From the human T2T-CHM13v2.0 reference genome, Homo sapiens: a DNA stretch of 64,000 nucleotides. The stretch lies in the NCBI RefSeq assembly GCF_009914755.1, contig NC_060926.1. One strand, given 5' to 3'. The position numbers were made by a program, and so were the translations under genes. The notes beneath the pieces are model-generated. The model did not search any database. It was given only the letters and a program-made list of their open reading frames with translations, and was not told the DNA's origin. This document shows, one piece after another, positions 13,525 to 26,798 of the stretch; the stretch's first letter is position 1, and the number at the start of each line of letters is the position of its first letter.

Positions 13525-15735
13525 CTCATACATCAAATAAGAGGAAAAACTTCAAATAAACAATCTAACAATGCATCTTAAAGAATCAGAAAAGCAAGAG
13601 CAAACAAACCCAAAATTAGTAAAAGGAAAGAAATAATAAAGTTCAGAGCTGAAATGAATGAAATTGAAATAAGATAGACAATACAAAAGATCAATGAAAC
13701 ACAAAGTTGTTTTATTTAAAAAGACAGACAAAATTGAAAAACCTTTAGCCAGACTAACAAATCAAAAAGAGAGAAGATCCAAATAAATAAAATCAGAAAT
13801 GAAGAAGACTTTTTGACTGATACTGCGAAATTCAAAGGATCATCAGCGGCTACTATGGGAAACTATGTGTAAATATATTGGAAAATCTAGAAGAAATGAA
13901 CAAATTCCTACATATATACAACCTACCAAGATTGAATAAGGAAGAAATCCAAAACCTGAACATGTCAATAACAAGTAGTGATATTGAAGTTGTAATAAAA
14001 GTTCTCCTAGTAAAGATAAGCTCAAGACCTGATGGCTTCACTGCTGAATTCTACCAAACACTTAAAGAGTAGCTAATATCAATCTCACTCAAACTATTCT
14101 GAACAATAGAGGAGGGGGGAGTACTTCCAAACTCATTCTATGATGCCAGTATTAACTTGATACTGAAACCAAAGACACATCAAAAAAAGAAAATTACAGG
14201 CCAATATCTCTGAAGAATATTGATGCAAAAATTCTCAACAACATAAGAGCAAATCAAATTCAACAATACATTAGAAAGATCATTCATCATGACCAAGTGG
14301 GATATATTCCTGGGACACAAGAATGTTTCAATACATGCAAATCAATCAATGTGATATACATCATTATCAACAGAATGAAGGATATAAACCATATGATTAT
14401 TTCAATTGTGGCTAAAAAAGGATTTGATAAAATTCAACATACCTTCATAATAAAAACCCTCAAAAAACTAGGGATTGAAGGAACATACCTCAAAATAATA
14501 AAAGCCATGTATGATAGACCTACAGCTAGTATCATACAGAAAGTCTTTTCTCTAAGATCTGGAACATAACAAGGATGCCCACTGTCCCAAGTGTTATTTA
14601 ACATAGTACTGGAAGTCTTACCTAGAGAAATCAGATAAGAGAATGATATAAATGGCATCCAAATTGGAAAAAAAAGAATTCCAAATATTCTCGTTTGCAG
14701 ATGATATGATTTTATATTTGGAAAAACCTAAAGACTTCACAAGAAAATTATTAGAACCGATAAATTCAGTTAGGTTGCAGGGTATAAAATCAACATACAA
14801 AAAATCAGTAGCATTTCTATATGCCATCAGTGAGCATTGTAAAGAAGAAATTAAAAAACAATCCCATTTACAATAGCCACACATAAAATTAAATACAAAT
14901 AATTAACCAAAACAGTGAAAGAGGTCTATAATAATTATAAAACATTGATGAAAGAAATAGAAGAGGACATCAACAAAATGTAAAAATATTCCATGTTGAT
15001 GGATCAGAAGACTCAATATTATTAAAATAGCCAAACTACCCAAAGCAATCTACAACTTTAATGCAATCCCTATCAAAATACCAATGATATTCTTAACAGA
15101 AATAGAAAAAAAAGTATCCTAAAATTTATATGGAACCACAAAAGACCAAGAATAGCCAAAGCTACTTTAAGCAAAAAGAACAAAACTGGAGAAATCATAT
15201 TACCTAATTTTAAATTGTACCACGGAGCTATAGCAACCACAACAGAATGGTACTGGTTTAAAAACAGACAGATAGACCAATGGAACAGATTAGAGAACCA
15301 GGAACAAATCCACACATCTACAGTGCACTCATGTTCTACAGAGGTTCTAAGAACATACACTGGGGAAAAGACACTCTCTTCAGTAAACAATGCTGGCAAA
15401 ACTGGATAATCCACATGAAGAAGAATGAAACTAGATGCTTATCTCTCATCATATACAAAAATAAAATAAAAATGGATTAAAGTCTTCAATCTAAGACTTC
15501 AAACTGTGAAACTACTACAAGAAAACATTGGGGAAAATCTCAAAGATATTGGTCTGGGCAAAAATTACTTGAGTAATACCCAACAAGCTCAGGCTACCAA
15601 AGCAAAAATGGACAAATGGGATTACATCAAGTTAAGAAGCTTCTGCACAGCAAAGGAAACAATCAACAAAGAGATAACATACAAAATAGTAGAAAATACT
15701 TGCAAGCTACCTATTTTACAAGGGGTTAAAAACTA

Positions 15736-16130
<395 letters not shown>

Positions 16131-17537
16131 TCAAAAGAAGACATACAAATGGCAAATAGGCATAAGAAAAGGTATTCAACATCACTGATCATCAGAAAAA
16201 TGCAAATCAAAACTACAATGAGATGTCAGCTTATCCTAGTTAAAATGTCTTTTATCCAAAAGACAGGCAATAACAAATGCTGATAAGAATGTGAAGAAAA
16301 GGAAATTCATGTACACTTTTGCTGGAAATGTAAAGTAATACAACCAGTATGGAGAACAGTTTGGTGGTTTCTCAAAAAGCTAAAAATAGAGCTAATATAT
16401 GATACCCACTGTTGGGTATATACCAAAAGAAAGTAAATCAGTATATGTAAGAGATCATCTGCATCCCTATGTTTGTTGCAGCACTGTTGACAATAGCTAA
16501 GATTTTGAAGCAACCTAAGGGTCCATCAACAGATGAGTGAATAAAAAAAGTGTAGTACATATACACAGTAGAGTACTATTCAGCCATAAAAATGTGAGAT
16601 CCAGTCATTTTCAACAACATGGGTGGAACTGAAGATCATTATGTTAAATGAAATAAGCCAGGCACAGAAAGGCAAACATTGTGTGTTCTCACCTATTTGT
16701 GGGATATAAAAATCAAAACAATGGAACTTAGAGACATAGAGTGGAAGAATGGTAACCAGAGTCTGAGGAGTTTAGTGGAGGGCTGGCAGGTTTGGGAGAT
16801 GATTAACGGGTACAAAAGAGTAGTTGGAAAAAATGAATAAGACCTACTATTTAATAGTACAACAGAATAGGGTCACTACAGTCAATAATAAGTTAATTGT
16901 ACATTTTCAAATAACTTAAAGAGTGTAATTGAATTGTTTGTAACTCAAAGAATAAATGCTTGAGGGGATGGATACCTCATTCTCCAGGATGTGCTTATTT
17001 CACATGTCATGCCTGTATCAAAATATCTCATGTACCCTATAAATATATACACCTACTTAATACCCCTAAAATAAAAAAGTTAAAAAAGAATATAAAAAAT
17101 TATCACATAAATAATCTACATTCCCACCTTGAGAAAGTAGAAAAAAAAATAAAGAAGCCCAAAGCAATCATAAAGCAGAAAATAATAAAGGTAGGAGAAA
17201 AAAATCAATGAAATTGAAAAAAAGACAATAATGGGGAAGATTGATGTAGCAAAAAGATTATTTTTAAAGAAATAATAAAATGTAAACTTTAAGAAAAATG
17301 GACCAAAAAATTCAAACTAGTGATTTCAGGAATAAAACATTGTATTATAGCTCATACAACCAGTAGAAGGATAACAACAGAATATTATGAACAACTTTAT
17401 ATACATAAATACAACATCTTAGAATAAATGAACCAATTCCTCAAAAACCATAAATTAATAAAACTCAAACCAAAATGCAATAGAAAACCTGAATGTCTTA
17501 TACCCATCTAAGAAATTGATTTGTAATTTAAAGTTCC

Positions 17538-17860
17538 TTTTTAATAACAGCCATTCTGACTGGTACGAGATGGTATCTCATTGTGATTTTGATTTGCATT
17601 TCTCTAATGATTAGTGATGTTGAGCTTTTTCCCATATGTTTGTTGGCTGCATGTATGTCTTCTTTTGAGAAGTGTCTGTTCACGTCCTTTGCCTACTTGT
17701 TAATGGGGTTTTTTTTCTCTTGTAAATTTGTTTAAGTTCCTTATAGATGCTGGATATTAGACCTTTTTGAGATGCATAGTTTGCAAATATTTTCTCCCAT
17801 TTTGTAGGTTGTCTATTTACATGTACCCCCAAACCTAAAATAAAAGTTAAAAAGGAAAGA
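17538..17860. mobile_element. 5'-inverted (twin-primed) L1PA/PB mini-insertion
   Basis: 17538-17820 is antisense ORF2 C-terminus; 17821-17853 is the sense terminus ATGTACCCCCAAACCTAAAATAAAAGTTAAAAA; degenerate TSD AATTTAAAGTTCC (17525-17537) / AATTGAAAGCACC (17861-17873). Confidence 0.85.
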
Positions 17861-19141
17861 AATTGAAAGCACCTGAAAAAAAGTCTTTTGGCCAAGATGG
17901 TTTCCCAGAAAATTTTTACTAAAAATTTAAAGAAGAATTAATACCAGTTTCATACAATCGCTTTCAGAAATAGAAGAGGAAGGCACACTTCTCAACACAT
18001 TTCATAAGGCTCTTGATACCAGAATCGGACAAACACAATTCCATCCCCCAAGAAAAAACAAACAAAAAAAAACAAACAATCATTACAAGTCAATATTCTT
18101 CACAGATGCAGAAATTCTCAGCAATATATTAGCAAATGCAATCCAGCAGAGTATAAAAAGATTTATACGCCATGAACAATTGGGATTTATTCTAGTTGTG
18201 CTAGGCTGGGTTAACATTCAAACACCAACCAATGCCACTTGCTACACGAACAGGCTAAAGAAGAGAAATCATATGACGATATTAATTAATGCAGAAGTAC
18301 TTTACAAAATCCAACCCTCAGTCATCTGAAAACTCTCAGCAAACTAGGCATAAAAGGGAACTTCAACTTGATAAAAAGCATTTACAAAAAAGCCCTAGAG
18401 TTAATATTATACTTAATGGTGAAAGCTTGAATACACTCTTACCACTCTTTTTCAACAAAATATGGAAGTTTTAGCCTAAAATAAAAGTTTAAAAAAGAAA
18501 GAAATTTAAAGCTCCTGAAATACACACATATATATATATATGTGTGTGTGTGTACTTGAGCCACGATGGTTTCCAGGATTTAGACCAAGGCAAGGATATA
18601 GTCTCAGAAACATGAGAGATTGAAATATGTGAACACTCACAAAATATGGAAGTTTTAGCCACTGCGATAAGACAAGATCGATATAAAAAGAATACAACTA
18701 GAAATAAGTAAAACTGCCCCTATGTACAGATAATGTGATTTTTCATACAAAAATATAAAGGAGTTTGACATCAAAAACTGAAAACCCTAGAGCTAGTAAG
18801 TGAGTTTAGTAAGGTCAATTGCTATGACCTTATTAATTAATTGTTTATTTGTTTGTATCTTTACTATATATGTCCATTGTTAGTATATAGAAATTCAATG
18901 AACATGTGAAAACCAAAATTAAAATATCATTTAGAATCACTCCAAAGAAAATTAAATAGTAAGACAAAATATTATATAATATAGATGCTAATGTTGTAGT
19001 AGGATGTTGTGATAAAAAGATAACAGGAATCACCCTGGGGGTATTGAAACTGTTCTGTGTCTTGACGGTATCAGTGTCAATATCCTGGTTGTGTTATTTT
19101 ACTGTAGTTTTGCAAGATGTTACCATTGGGAGATACTGGGT

Positions 19142-19520
19142 TATATTAGTTTGCTAGGGCTGCCATAACAAAATACCAAACTGGGTGACTTAAACAACCG
19201 ATATTTATTTTCTCATGGTTCTGTAGACTACAATGCCAAGATCAAGGTGTCAGCAAGTTTGGTTTCATCTGAGGCTTCTCTCTATGTCTTTCAGATGATG
19301 ACTTTCTCCTTCTGTCTCTTCTGTCTTTGTCTTTCCTCTGCATCTGTGTCTTTATCTCCTCTATAAGGACATGAGTCAGATTGGATTGTGGCCAGCCCTA
19401 TGATTCATCACCTTAATTGCCTATTTAAAGGCTCTCTCTCCAAATACATTCACATTCTGAAGTGTGGAGGTCAGTACTTCAACATATGAAGTTTAGGGAG
19501 ACATAATTCTGCCCATAACA
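19142..19520 (-). mobile_element. MLT1A/B-type solo LTR
   Basis: TATATTAGTTTGCTAGGGCTGCCATAACAAAATACC...CAAGATCAAGGTGTCAGCA...GCCCATAACA; flanks CTGGGT/CCGGGT. Confidence 0.88.
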
Positions 19521-19828
19521 CCGGGTGAAGGGTACATGCTTTTTAATGAATTATTTCCTATATCATTTATTATTACTGCATGTGAATCTATAATCATCTT
19601 AAAATTATAAAGAATGGAACCATTTTTATCATCCTCACTGTCTTAAGAAAATAACTGAAACCCAGAACATTACTGTTACTTGTAGGCATTGCAAGGTAGC
19701 AACAGAACTGGGCCAAAAATGAATTCGTTCTTTGCAATTGAGATATTTAATAAGCAACTAATAAGTATCTATTGTGTCAAGTGACATAATAGTTTTTAAA
19801 ATATAGTTTTTGGTAAAATTTAAGTAGG

Positions 19829-20338
19829 TGTAATGGCTATTTTTATGCATCAGCTTGACTGGTCCATGGGTTTCCAGTTATTTGGTCAAACATTATTCTT
19901 AGTGTGTCTATAAGGGTGTTTTTAACATGAGATAAACCTATAAATTGGTAAAGTTATATGAGTCTGAGTAGAGCAGACTGCTTTTCCTTATGTGGGAAGA
20001 GCTTATCCAATCAGTTGAAGGTCAGAATAGAACAAAAAGACTTACAATTCACCGAATAAAAGAGAATTCTTCCTGCCTATTGGCCTTTGGCTTGGAACTA
20101 CATTACCTCTCTCCTGGGTCTTCAGTTTGCTGGTGCATTCTGCAGATCTTGGGACTTTGCATTCTCCATAATCATATGAGTCAATTTCTTACAATAATTT
20201 TTTATGTATTGTATACATTTGCTAGATTTATAAAACACATATATGTATCTATATAAAGACATACATGTATGTGTCTGTATTTATAATATAATATATATCC
20301 TATTGGTTCTATGTATCTAAATAATCCTCACTAATACA
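19829..20338 (+). mobile_element. MLT2 (MLT2D-like) ERVL LTR
   Basis: TGTAATGGCTATTTTTATGCATCAGCTTGACTGG...TTTGGTCAAACATTATTCT...TCCTATTGGTTCT...CTAATACA. Confidence 0.85.
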
Positions 20339-20778
20339 TACAGCAGCCATAATGTTCTCTTCAAATCTGAGATATCCAGTGCTCCAGGGGCTATCCATGT
20401 CTGCTGAAGCACATCTAGGCAGTTGAGTGATGTAAACATCTATAACAGTGCTGTACATTTCCCAGAAGTGTTGGCTACCAGAGACAACTCGTGCTGCTCT
20501 TGCGGGCTCTGGACTCCGGAGGCCAACCTTTCTCTTGGCCTTGATGTCACTTGATTAGGTGTGCAGAACTTCCCCATAATGGGGCAATATACTTGCTATT
20601 TCCTGGAGTGCCTTTCTTCCTGGGTGGAGTGAACATGATTGAAAACAGGTGATTCCAAGCTAAATTTTTCCCAATCAGAATCTGGTTTGAATGAACTCCC
20701 TGAGAAAGGAATATAGTGTCTTCATGATGTATCAGCAGTACCTAGCATAAAGCATAGCATGTGTTTATATAGTTACTG

Positions 20779-20896
20779 GCTATATATATACATATATATA
20801 GTATATGTGAAGAGTGTATGTGTGTGTACATATATACATATGTGTATATATACATACATACATATATATGTGTATATATGTGTATATCTATATATA
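20779..20896. repeat. (TA/TG/CA) low-complexity microsatellite
   Basis: Alternating purine-pyrimidine tract, read directly. Confidence 0.9.
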
Positions 20897-21076
20897 AAAC
20901 ACTTGCTTGCCATCCATAGCCTGTTTTTGGATTACCTAATTCTACACAAGATTCAGTTTAACTCAAGAGCTTATTCTAATTGTAAATTTCTTTCTACAGA
21001 GGAAAAAATGTGCTCATTCATTCAAATACATACACATATATGCATATGTGCCATGCTTTACTCTAGGTACTGGTGG

Positions 21077-21138
<62 letters not shown>

Positions 21139-21879
21139 GTGTATATGTGTATATACACATATATACACATGTGTATATACACGTATATACACATGTGTAT
21201 ATACACGTATATACACATGTGTATATACACGTATATACACATGTGTATATACACGTATATACACATGTGTATATACACGTATATACACATGTGTATATAC
21301 ACGTATATACACATGTGTATATACACGTATATACACATGTGTATATACACGTATATACACATGTGTATATACACGTATATACACATGTGTATATACACAT
21401 GTGTATACATATATGTATATATACATACATTTGTGTATATATGTGTATATATACACATATGTGTGTATATGTATATATGTGTATATATGTGTGTATATGT
21501 ATATATGTGTATATATGTGTGTATATGTATATATGTGTATATATGTATGTGTATATGTATATATGTGTATATGTGTATATATGTATATACATGTGTGTAT
21601 ATATACACATATGTGTATACGAATGTATATATATGTATATATGTATGTGTGTGTGTGTGTGTGTGTATATATATAGCCACCAGTACCTAGAATAAAGCAT
21701 GGCACATATACATATATGTGTATGTATTTGAATGTATTGAATGTATGTATTTGAATGAATGAGCACATTTTTTCCTCTGTAGAAAGAAATTTACAATTGG
21801 AATAAGCTCTTGAGTTACACTGAATCTTGTGTAGAAGTAGGTAATCCAAAAACAGGCTATGGATGGCAAGCAAGTGTTT
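20897..21879. repeat. Inverted duplication; arms 20897-21077 and 21676-21879
   Basis: AAACACTTGCTTGCCATCCATAGCC...CTAGGTACTGGTGGC pairs with GCCACCAGTACCTAG...GGCTATGGATGGCAAGCAAGTGTTT; hand count 5 substitutions plus a 23-bp duplication in the right arm. Confidence 0.97.
21078..21675. repeat. Compound micro/minisatellite: (TA)n(CA)n, 9 perfect 24-bp units ACGTATATACACATGTGTATATAC (21181-21396), degenerate (TATG)n, (TG)n(TA)n
   Basis: Read directly; 120-bp periodicity (five units) between lines 21181 and 21301. Confidence 0.97.
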
Positions 21880-24419
21880 CTTTTGCCATAGATGATGTTG
21901 TCAATAGGAGGTTCTAGAAGGATCTGTGATTGTACCTGCACTTGAAGCCTTTCTTCTTTAGCCACAGATATATGTTGGCTATGAAAACAGGACAATTGTC
22001 AGCCTCAAATAACTTTGATTCCATGTGGCATGGGTGCCTTGATACTTATTAGATATTATTCTCCCTCAATTAAAGGGATCTTTTTCAAGTTAAGTTTTGC
22101 AGAAGTGAGTTAGCAATATTCTCCAAAGATCTATGAGGAGCTAGGTAGAGACAACCGCAGACACCCATGATGGCATGACACTATAAAACCAAGCACCGTA
22201 TATGAGCACCCAAGTGGCATTTGCACAGCACACTAACCCTTTCACGGTGGGGGGTCGGGGAGGGGCTCAAAATTCCTTTTTCGAGTGAGCCTCTGAATAA
22301 CCATGGGTCATGCCTTACATCATCCCTCCAACATTCTTCAAGTAGGAGGCACACTGACTAACTAGCTTGTTGGAGTCGTGACTGCTCTCTCCACTATTCA
22401 AGTACACAAGGCAGAGCAGCAGAGTTATTTGATTGGGCCGAGGGAATTGGTCTCTTTAGTACACATTTAATGAACCCAATCAACAATATCATTTAGGAGT
22501 CTCTGGAGGTAGACAAATAGTTGAGTAGATGATTCTTTGCTTTTCCCTTAGCAATCAAAATTGCCATCCTTCAATGATTCCTGGCAGTAGGATGAGTGAA
22601 TATCGATATTATTGTTTCTACAATGTCACTATATTATTAATAAACTCTTCCTGTGCACTGGTCCTGGGCCAGGCATAAAGTCTATGAGTTGTTCTGATAG
22701 AAACACAAATTGGGGGTGAATGGGAGAGATGGGCATTTGCTTAGAAAGTGTGATTGTCCAGGGTTGAATCAGTAAATACTAGAGTAATTGATTAGGCTTC
22801 AGAAGACAAGAGTTATTGCAACAGTAACTGTGGGAATAATCTCTCTCACCTCATGTTGTCTTCATTTTTCTCTTCTGTCAAAAAGGAATAATTCCTATAG
22901 TTGCCTCCTACTTGATTGTTCTACTTTAAGTTTCACTGTTCCAGCTCTAAGCTCAATCCACTTTCTGTGACTTCTATAAGACAAACAACAACAACAACAA
23001 ATGGCAAATGATTTCAAACATATGATTATTAGAAATAATACCAGGCAGCTATAACACAGATTTTTATTTTGTCATATATAATTCAGATTTTTATTTTAAA
23101 GAAGTATGCAGTTGAAGTCCTCTCCCATACTCTCTCAATTGCAATTTTCCTCTCATCTTTTCCATAGCTTGCTTCTGAAGTTAGCATGCATCATTTCCAT
23201 GTATGTTTAAAAATTGTACTCCATGTACAAGTTGGCAAAATCTATATATTATCATTTTGCAGGTTTTAAACTTAGAGAGGTGGTCATTTTCTCCACATGT
23301 TCATTTGCATTTTCCTTTCTCTAATATATATTTTTTCTTGACATTTGCATTTTTATCTTTCTAAAATGCTAGTCTTAGTATGTAAATCCATGGATAAAAG
23401 TATTCAATGTCTTCTTTCTCAAACATAAAGTTTCTCAAGAGTAGCAAAAAGTCCCTTGAATGGCCCCTTCCTTCTTGTCCATAGTTCACCCCTTGCTCGA
23501 AACCTGGGAGAAATAGTGAATTTGCCATGGTGTCTGAGACTTATCTTCTTTTTTCCAGACCCCTCCTCTTCTTTCTCTTTTATTAGCTGCCTAACGCCCT
23601 TTGCCCTTCAAACACCCTTAGCAAGCTCGTCTCTACCATTCTCCTTGACTTGCTCTGAGTCATGGAATCCTCCTTACTTTTGTCCACGCCCATGACTCAC
23701 TGAACAATAATCATCAGATTTTGCCAACAAACTGTAAGCTTTATAAGGACAGATATCATGTGAATTATATCTGCATCTTTGACACTGGGACAAAGAAAGT
23801 TCTGAAAAATATTTTGTAACTGGATAAATGGTCTTCCTTGCTCAACATATATGATTAAGCCAAAGAATAAAGGAAGCAATGAAAATGGGATTGCTTTAAA
23901 GGGCACAGAGTTCAATACAAACACAAGGTTATGCTAATATTGCCGGTGGCCAAAATAATAATAATATTGTTGAAATAGTGTGTCTTTACTGAATTGTTTG
24001 GAAATTACTCCATACCTTTTTACCTTCTGCAACTCATAGTATTATATAAATATCCCCAAGATGAGTAGCATGTCTGCAGGGATGCTTCATAGCTGCTCTA
24101 CAATACCACTCATGAACTCTCTAACTGTGAGGGTAATCCTGGGTATAGCTGGCACTATTGTCTTGTATTTTAAACTGAAACAGTACCTGATATCATGCAA
24201 TTCTGATTATATACAAATATATGCAATGATGATCAATTATTATGTCTTCCTTCCGATTGGTTATAAATCCTGTGGTATTCTTATGCTATTTGCATTAACT
24301 ACAGAAGAAACCCAAAATCTACAAAATCACATTACCATATGACTGATAAATTACAGTGTGATATTAACTATTTATTAAATATATACAATATAATAAAAAT
24401 AAATATATACAATGAAAAC

Positions 24420-25762
24420 TGATGTTGCAATGTGTGTATACAAAGGGAAAATATGAAATTAAGCTCATTAATATACCCATCACCTCAAATACTTTACAAT
24501 TTTTGTGATGAGAACATTATAAGTTTATTCTTAGTAATATTGAAAGGTACAGAACTCAATTATTAGCTATATGCATTCAGTATGTTGTGCAAATATTCTA
24601 AAAAGAAAAATCAAACTTATTCCTCCTGTATAACTGAGGCTTTGTAACCTTTAATTATCATCTCCCCATTCTTTCTAACTGCAGCCTCTGGTAACCACCA
24701 CTCTAGTCTCTGCTTCTATGAATTCAATTGTTTTCGATTCCACATATAAGTGAAAACATGCAGTGTTTGTCTTTCTGTGTTTGTCTTATTTCACTTAACA
24801 TAAAATTCTCCAGTTTCATCCATGTTGTTGCAAATGACAGAATTTCTTCCTTTCTTAAGGCCAAATAATATTCTATTGTATATGTATATAATATTTTCTT
24901 TACTTATTCATTGCTGATGCACACCTACGTTCATTCCATAACTTGGCTATTGTGACTACTGCTGCAATAAACATGGGAGTGCAAATATTTCTTTGACATA
25001 GTGGTTTCAAATCCTTCAGGTACAAACTCAGATATGGGATTGCTGGATCATAATGATAGTTCTGTTTTTAGTTTTTAGAGGAACCTTCCTACTGTCTTCC
25101 AAAATGGCTATGCTAATTTCCATTAGCACCAACAGGGTACATGGGTTCCCTTTTCTCCACATCCTCACCAACACTTGTTATCTTTTGACTTTTTAATATT
25201 AGCCATTCTAGCAGCTATAAGGTTATCACCTTGTGTTTTAATTTACATCTTTCTAATTATTAGAAATGTTGAGCATTTTTTTTATATATCTCTTAGCCAC
25301 TTGTATGTCTTCTTTTAAGAAATGCCTATTCAAGTCCCTTCCTTCTTAATCGAATTATTTTCTCTCTGTAGAGTTGTATTAGTTCTTTATATATTTTGGA
25401 TACTAATCCTTCATCATATGTGTGACTTGCAAAGCTTTTTCCTCCATCTGTAGGTTGTATTTTTACTCTTAATTGTTTTCTTTGATGTGAAGAAGCTTTT
25501 TATTTTGATGTGTTCCCATTGTTTATGTTTGTTTCTGTTGTCTGTGGTTTTAAGGTCAAATATAAGATATAATTGCCCAGACCAATGTTGTGTGGGTTTT
25601 TTCTGATATTTCCTTTATCAGTTTTATAGTTTCAGGTCTTATGTTTAAGTCTTTAATTCATTTTGAGTTGATTTTTGCATATGGTGAGAGATAAAGATTC
25701 AGTATTACTTTTTTTGCATGTAGATACTCAGTTTTCCCAACATTATGTATTTAAGAGACTGA
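24420..25762 (-). mobile_element. L1MA4/5-type 3' portion
   Basis: CAGCCTCTGGTAACCACCACTCTAGTCTCTGCTTCTATGAATTCAA; CCACATATAAGTGAAAACATGCAGTG; TTTTCTCCACATCCTCACCAACACTTGTTATC. Confidence 0.9.
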
Positions 25763-26605
25763 ATTATGAGAGAACTAATTTTACAGCTTGCCTATGTTTG
25801 AATCATTGCAGTTTTTAATCAGTCCCTCTGCCAGCCATCTCCCTCCCTCCTGAAAGACACACCTTATTTTTCCCAATGGTTATGCTTCATTCCATATGTG
25901 ATTTAATTTCATTTCTTTAATGATTATGACTTTGAAATATGTGTGTTCTGTTTATTGTGACACTTCTGCACAGATTACTTCCTCCTTTAAATTGCTCCTT
26001 TTTCTTTTGCTTGTATCCCTCTCCAAGTTTTGATCTATTTAATAAAAAATGTTGTGCCAGTGGTGAAGCTCTCATCTCTCAGCTTCAAACCTGCACTTCT
26101 ATTCTCTGTTGCATGATGTTGCAGCTGAGACTCAAGACTACAATTCTCTTTTGCCAGTGGCTTCCTGTTTGGCTCTGATAATAAAGGATATGGGGACAGC
26201 CTGCTTCCGAATGTTCCTGAGAAAATCACACCATCCTTGCCTCTTCACTTTGGGGCCTGTATTTCATAACATAAATAGTGGTTCAATTCAATTTGCAGTT
26301 TTTCCAACATTTGTGGAACTAATGTAATTGTACCCCCTCAGAGACCACTCCCCGTCATCTCAGGTCTTATGTATATGGGACTTTTTGAAGACATCAGCCC
26401 CAACCTAGCCCATTTTTAGACAGCTGAGCTTCAGTGGTGCAGTACCCTTACTCCAGGCTTCTAAAGTTAAATAATCCCAGCTTCTCCACTTTGTTTAGTC
26501 AGACTATCCCCTATCTAGACCTTGCTTGATAGAGAAATTGGTAATAGCAGTAGTCCTAGAGAATAGTTCCTCAAAGATGAGATTCAAGAATTGGTTTAAC
26601 ATTGA

Positions 26606-26750
26606 GTTAGGCAAACTATTTCTGTAAAAAGCATGCCATAAAGTTACTATCCTCATTACTACTGACTACTCATGAGAAAAGAAATAGCCACTATGCAAAC
26701 AACTGGAGTGGTCAGGTTTGGCCCAAAGCCTATCTTTAGTGAAACCTGGT
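26606..26750. mobile_element. Possible MER58-like hAT MITE remnant
   Basis: GGCAAACTATTTCTGTAAA ... CAGGTTTGGCCCAAAGCC; heavily diverged. Confidence 0.35.
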
Positions 26751-26798
26751 TAATAGAAAGAGATCCAGACTGAAATCTGGAGTCAGCCACTCCAGGCC

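Larger units (their letters stand above)
17100..19612 (+). mobile_element. Old L1M (L1MD-like) host element, 3' part: ORF2 remnants and 3'UTR
   Basis: Resumes with AATAATCTACATTCCCACCTTGAGAAAGTAG; 3' end GTCAATATCCTGGTTGTG...GCAAGATGTTACCATTGGG...CTGCATGTGAATCTATAATCATCTTAAAAT; interrupted by younger inserts. Confidence 0.8.

Noticed and set aside
21181-21396. Regular palindromic repeats resembling a CRISPR array
   Set aside because: Units are head-to-tail with no unique spacers, there are no cas genes, and the DNA is primate.
20759-21873. Six overlapping ORFs of 205-305 aa (YTRIYTCV, HVYTHVYI repeats)
   Set aside because: Alternating purine-pyrimidine repeats cannot contain stop codons, so all frames are open; no evidence of coding.
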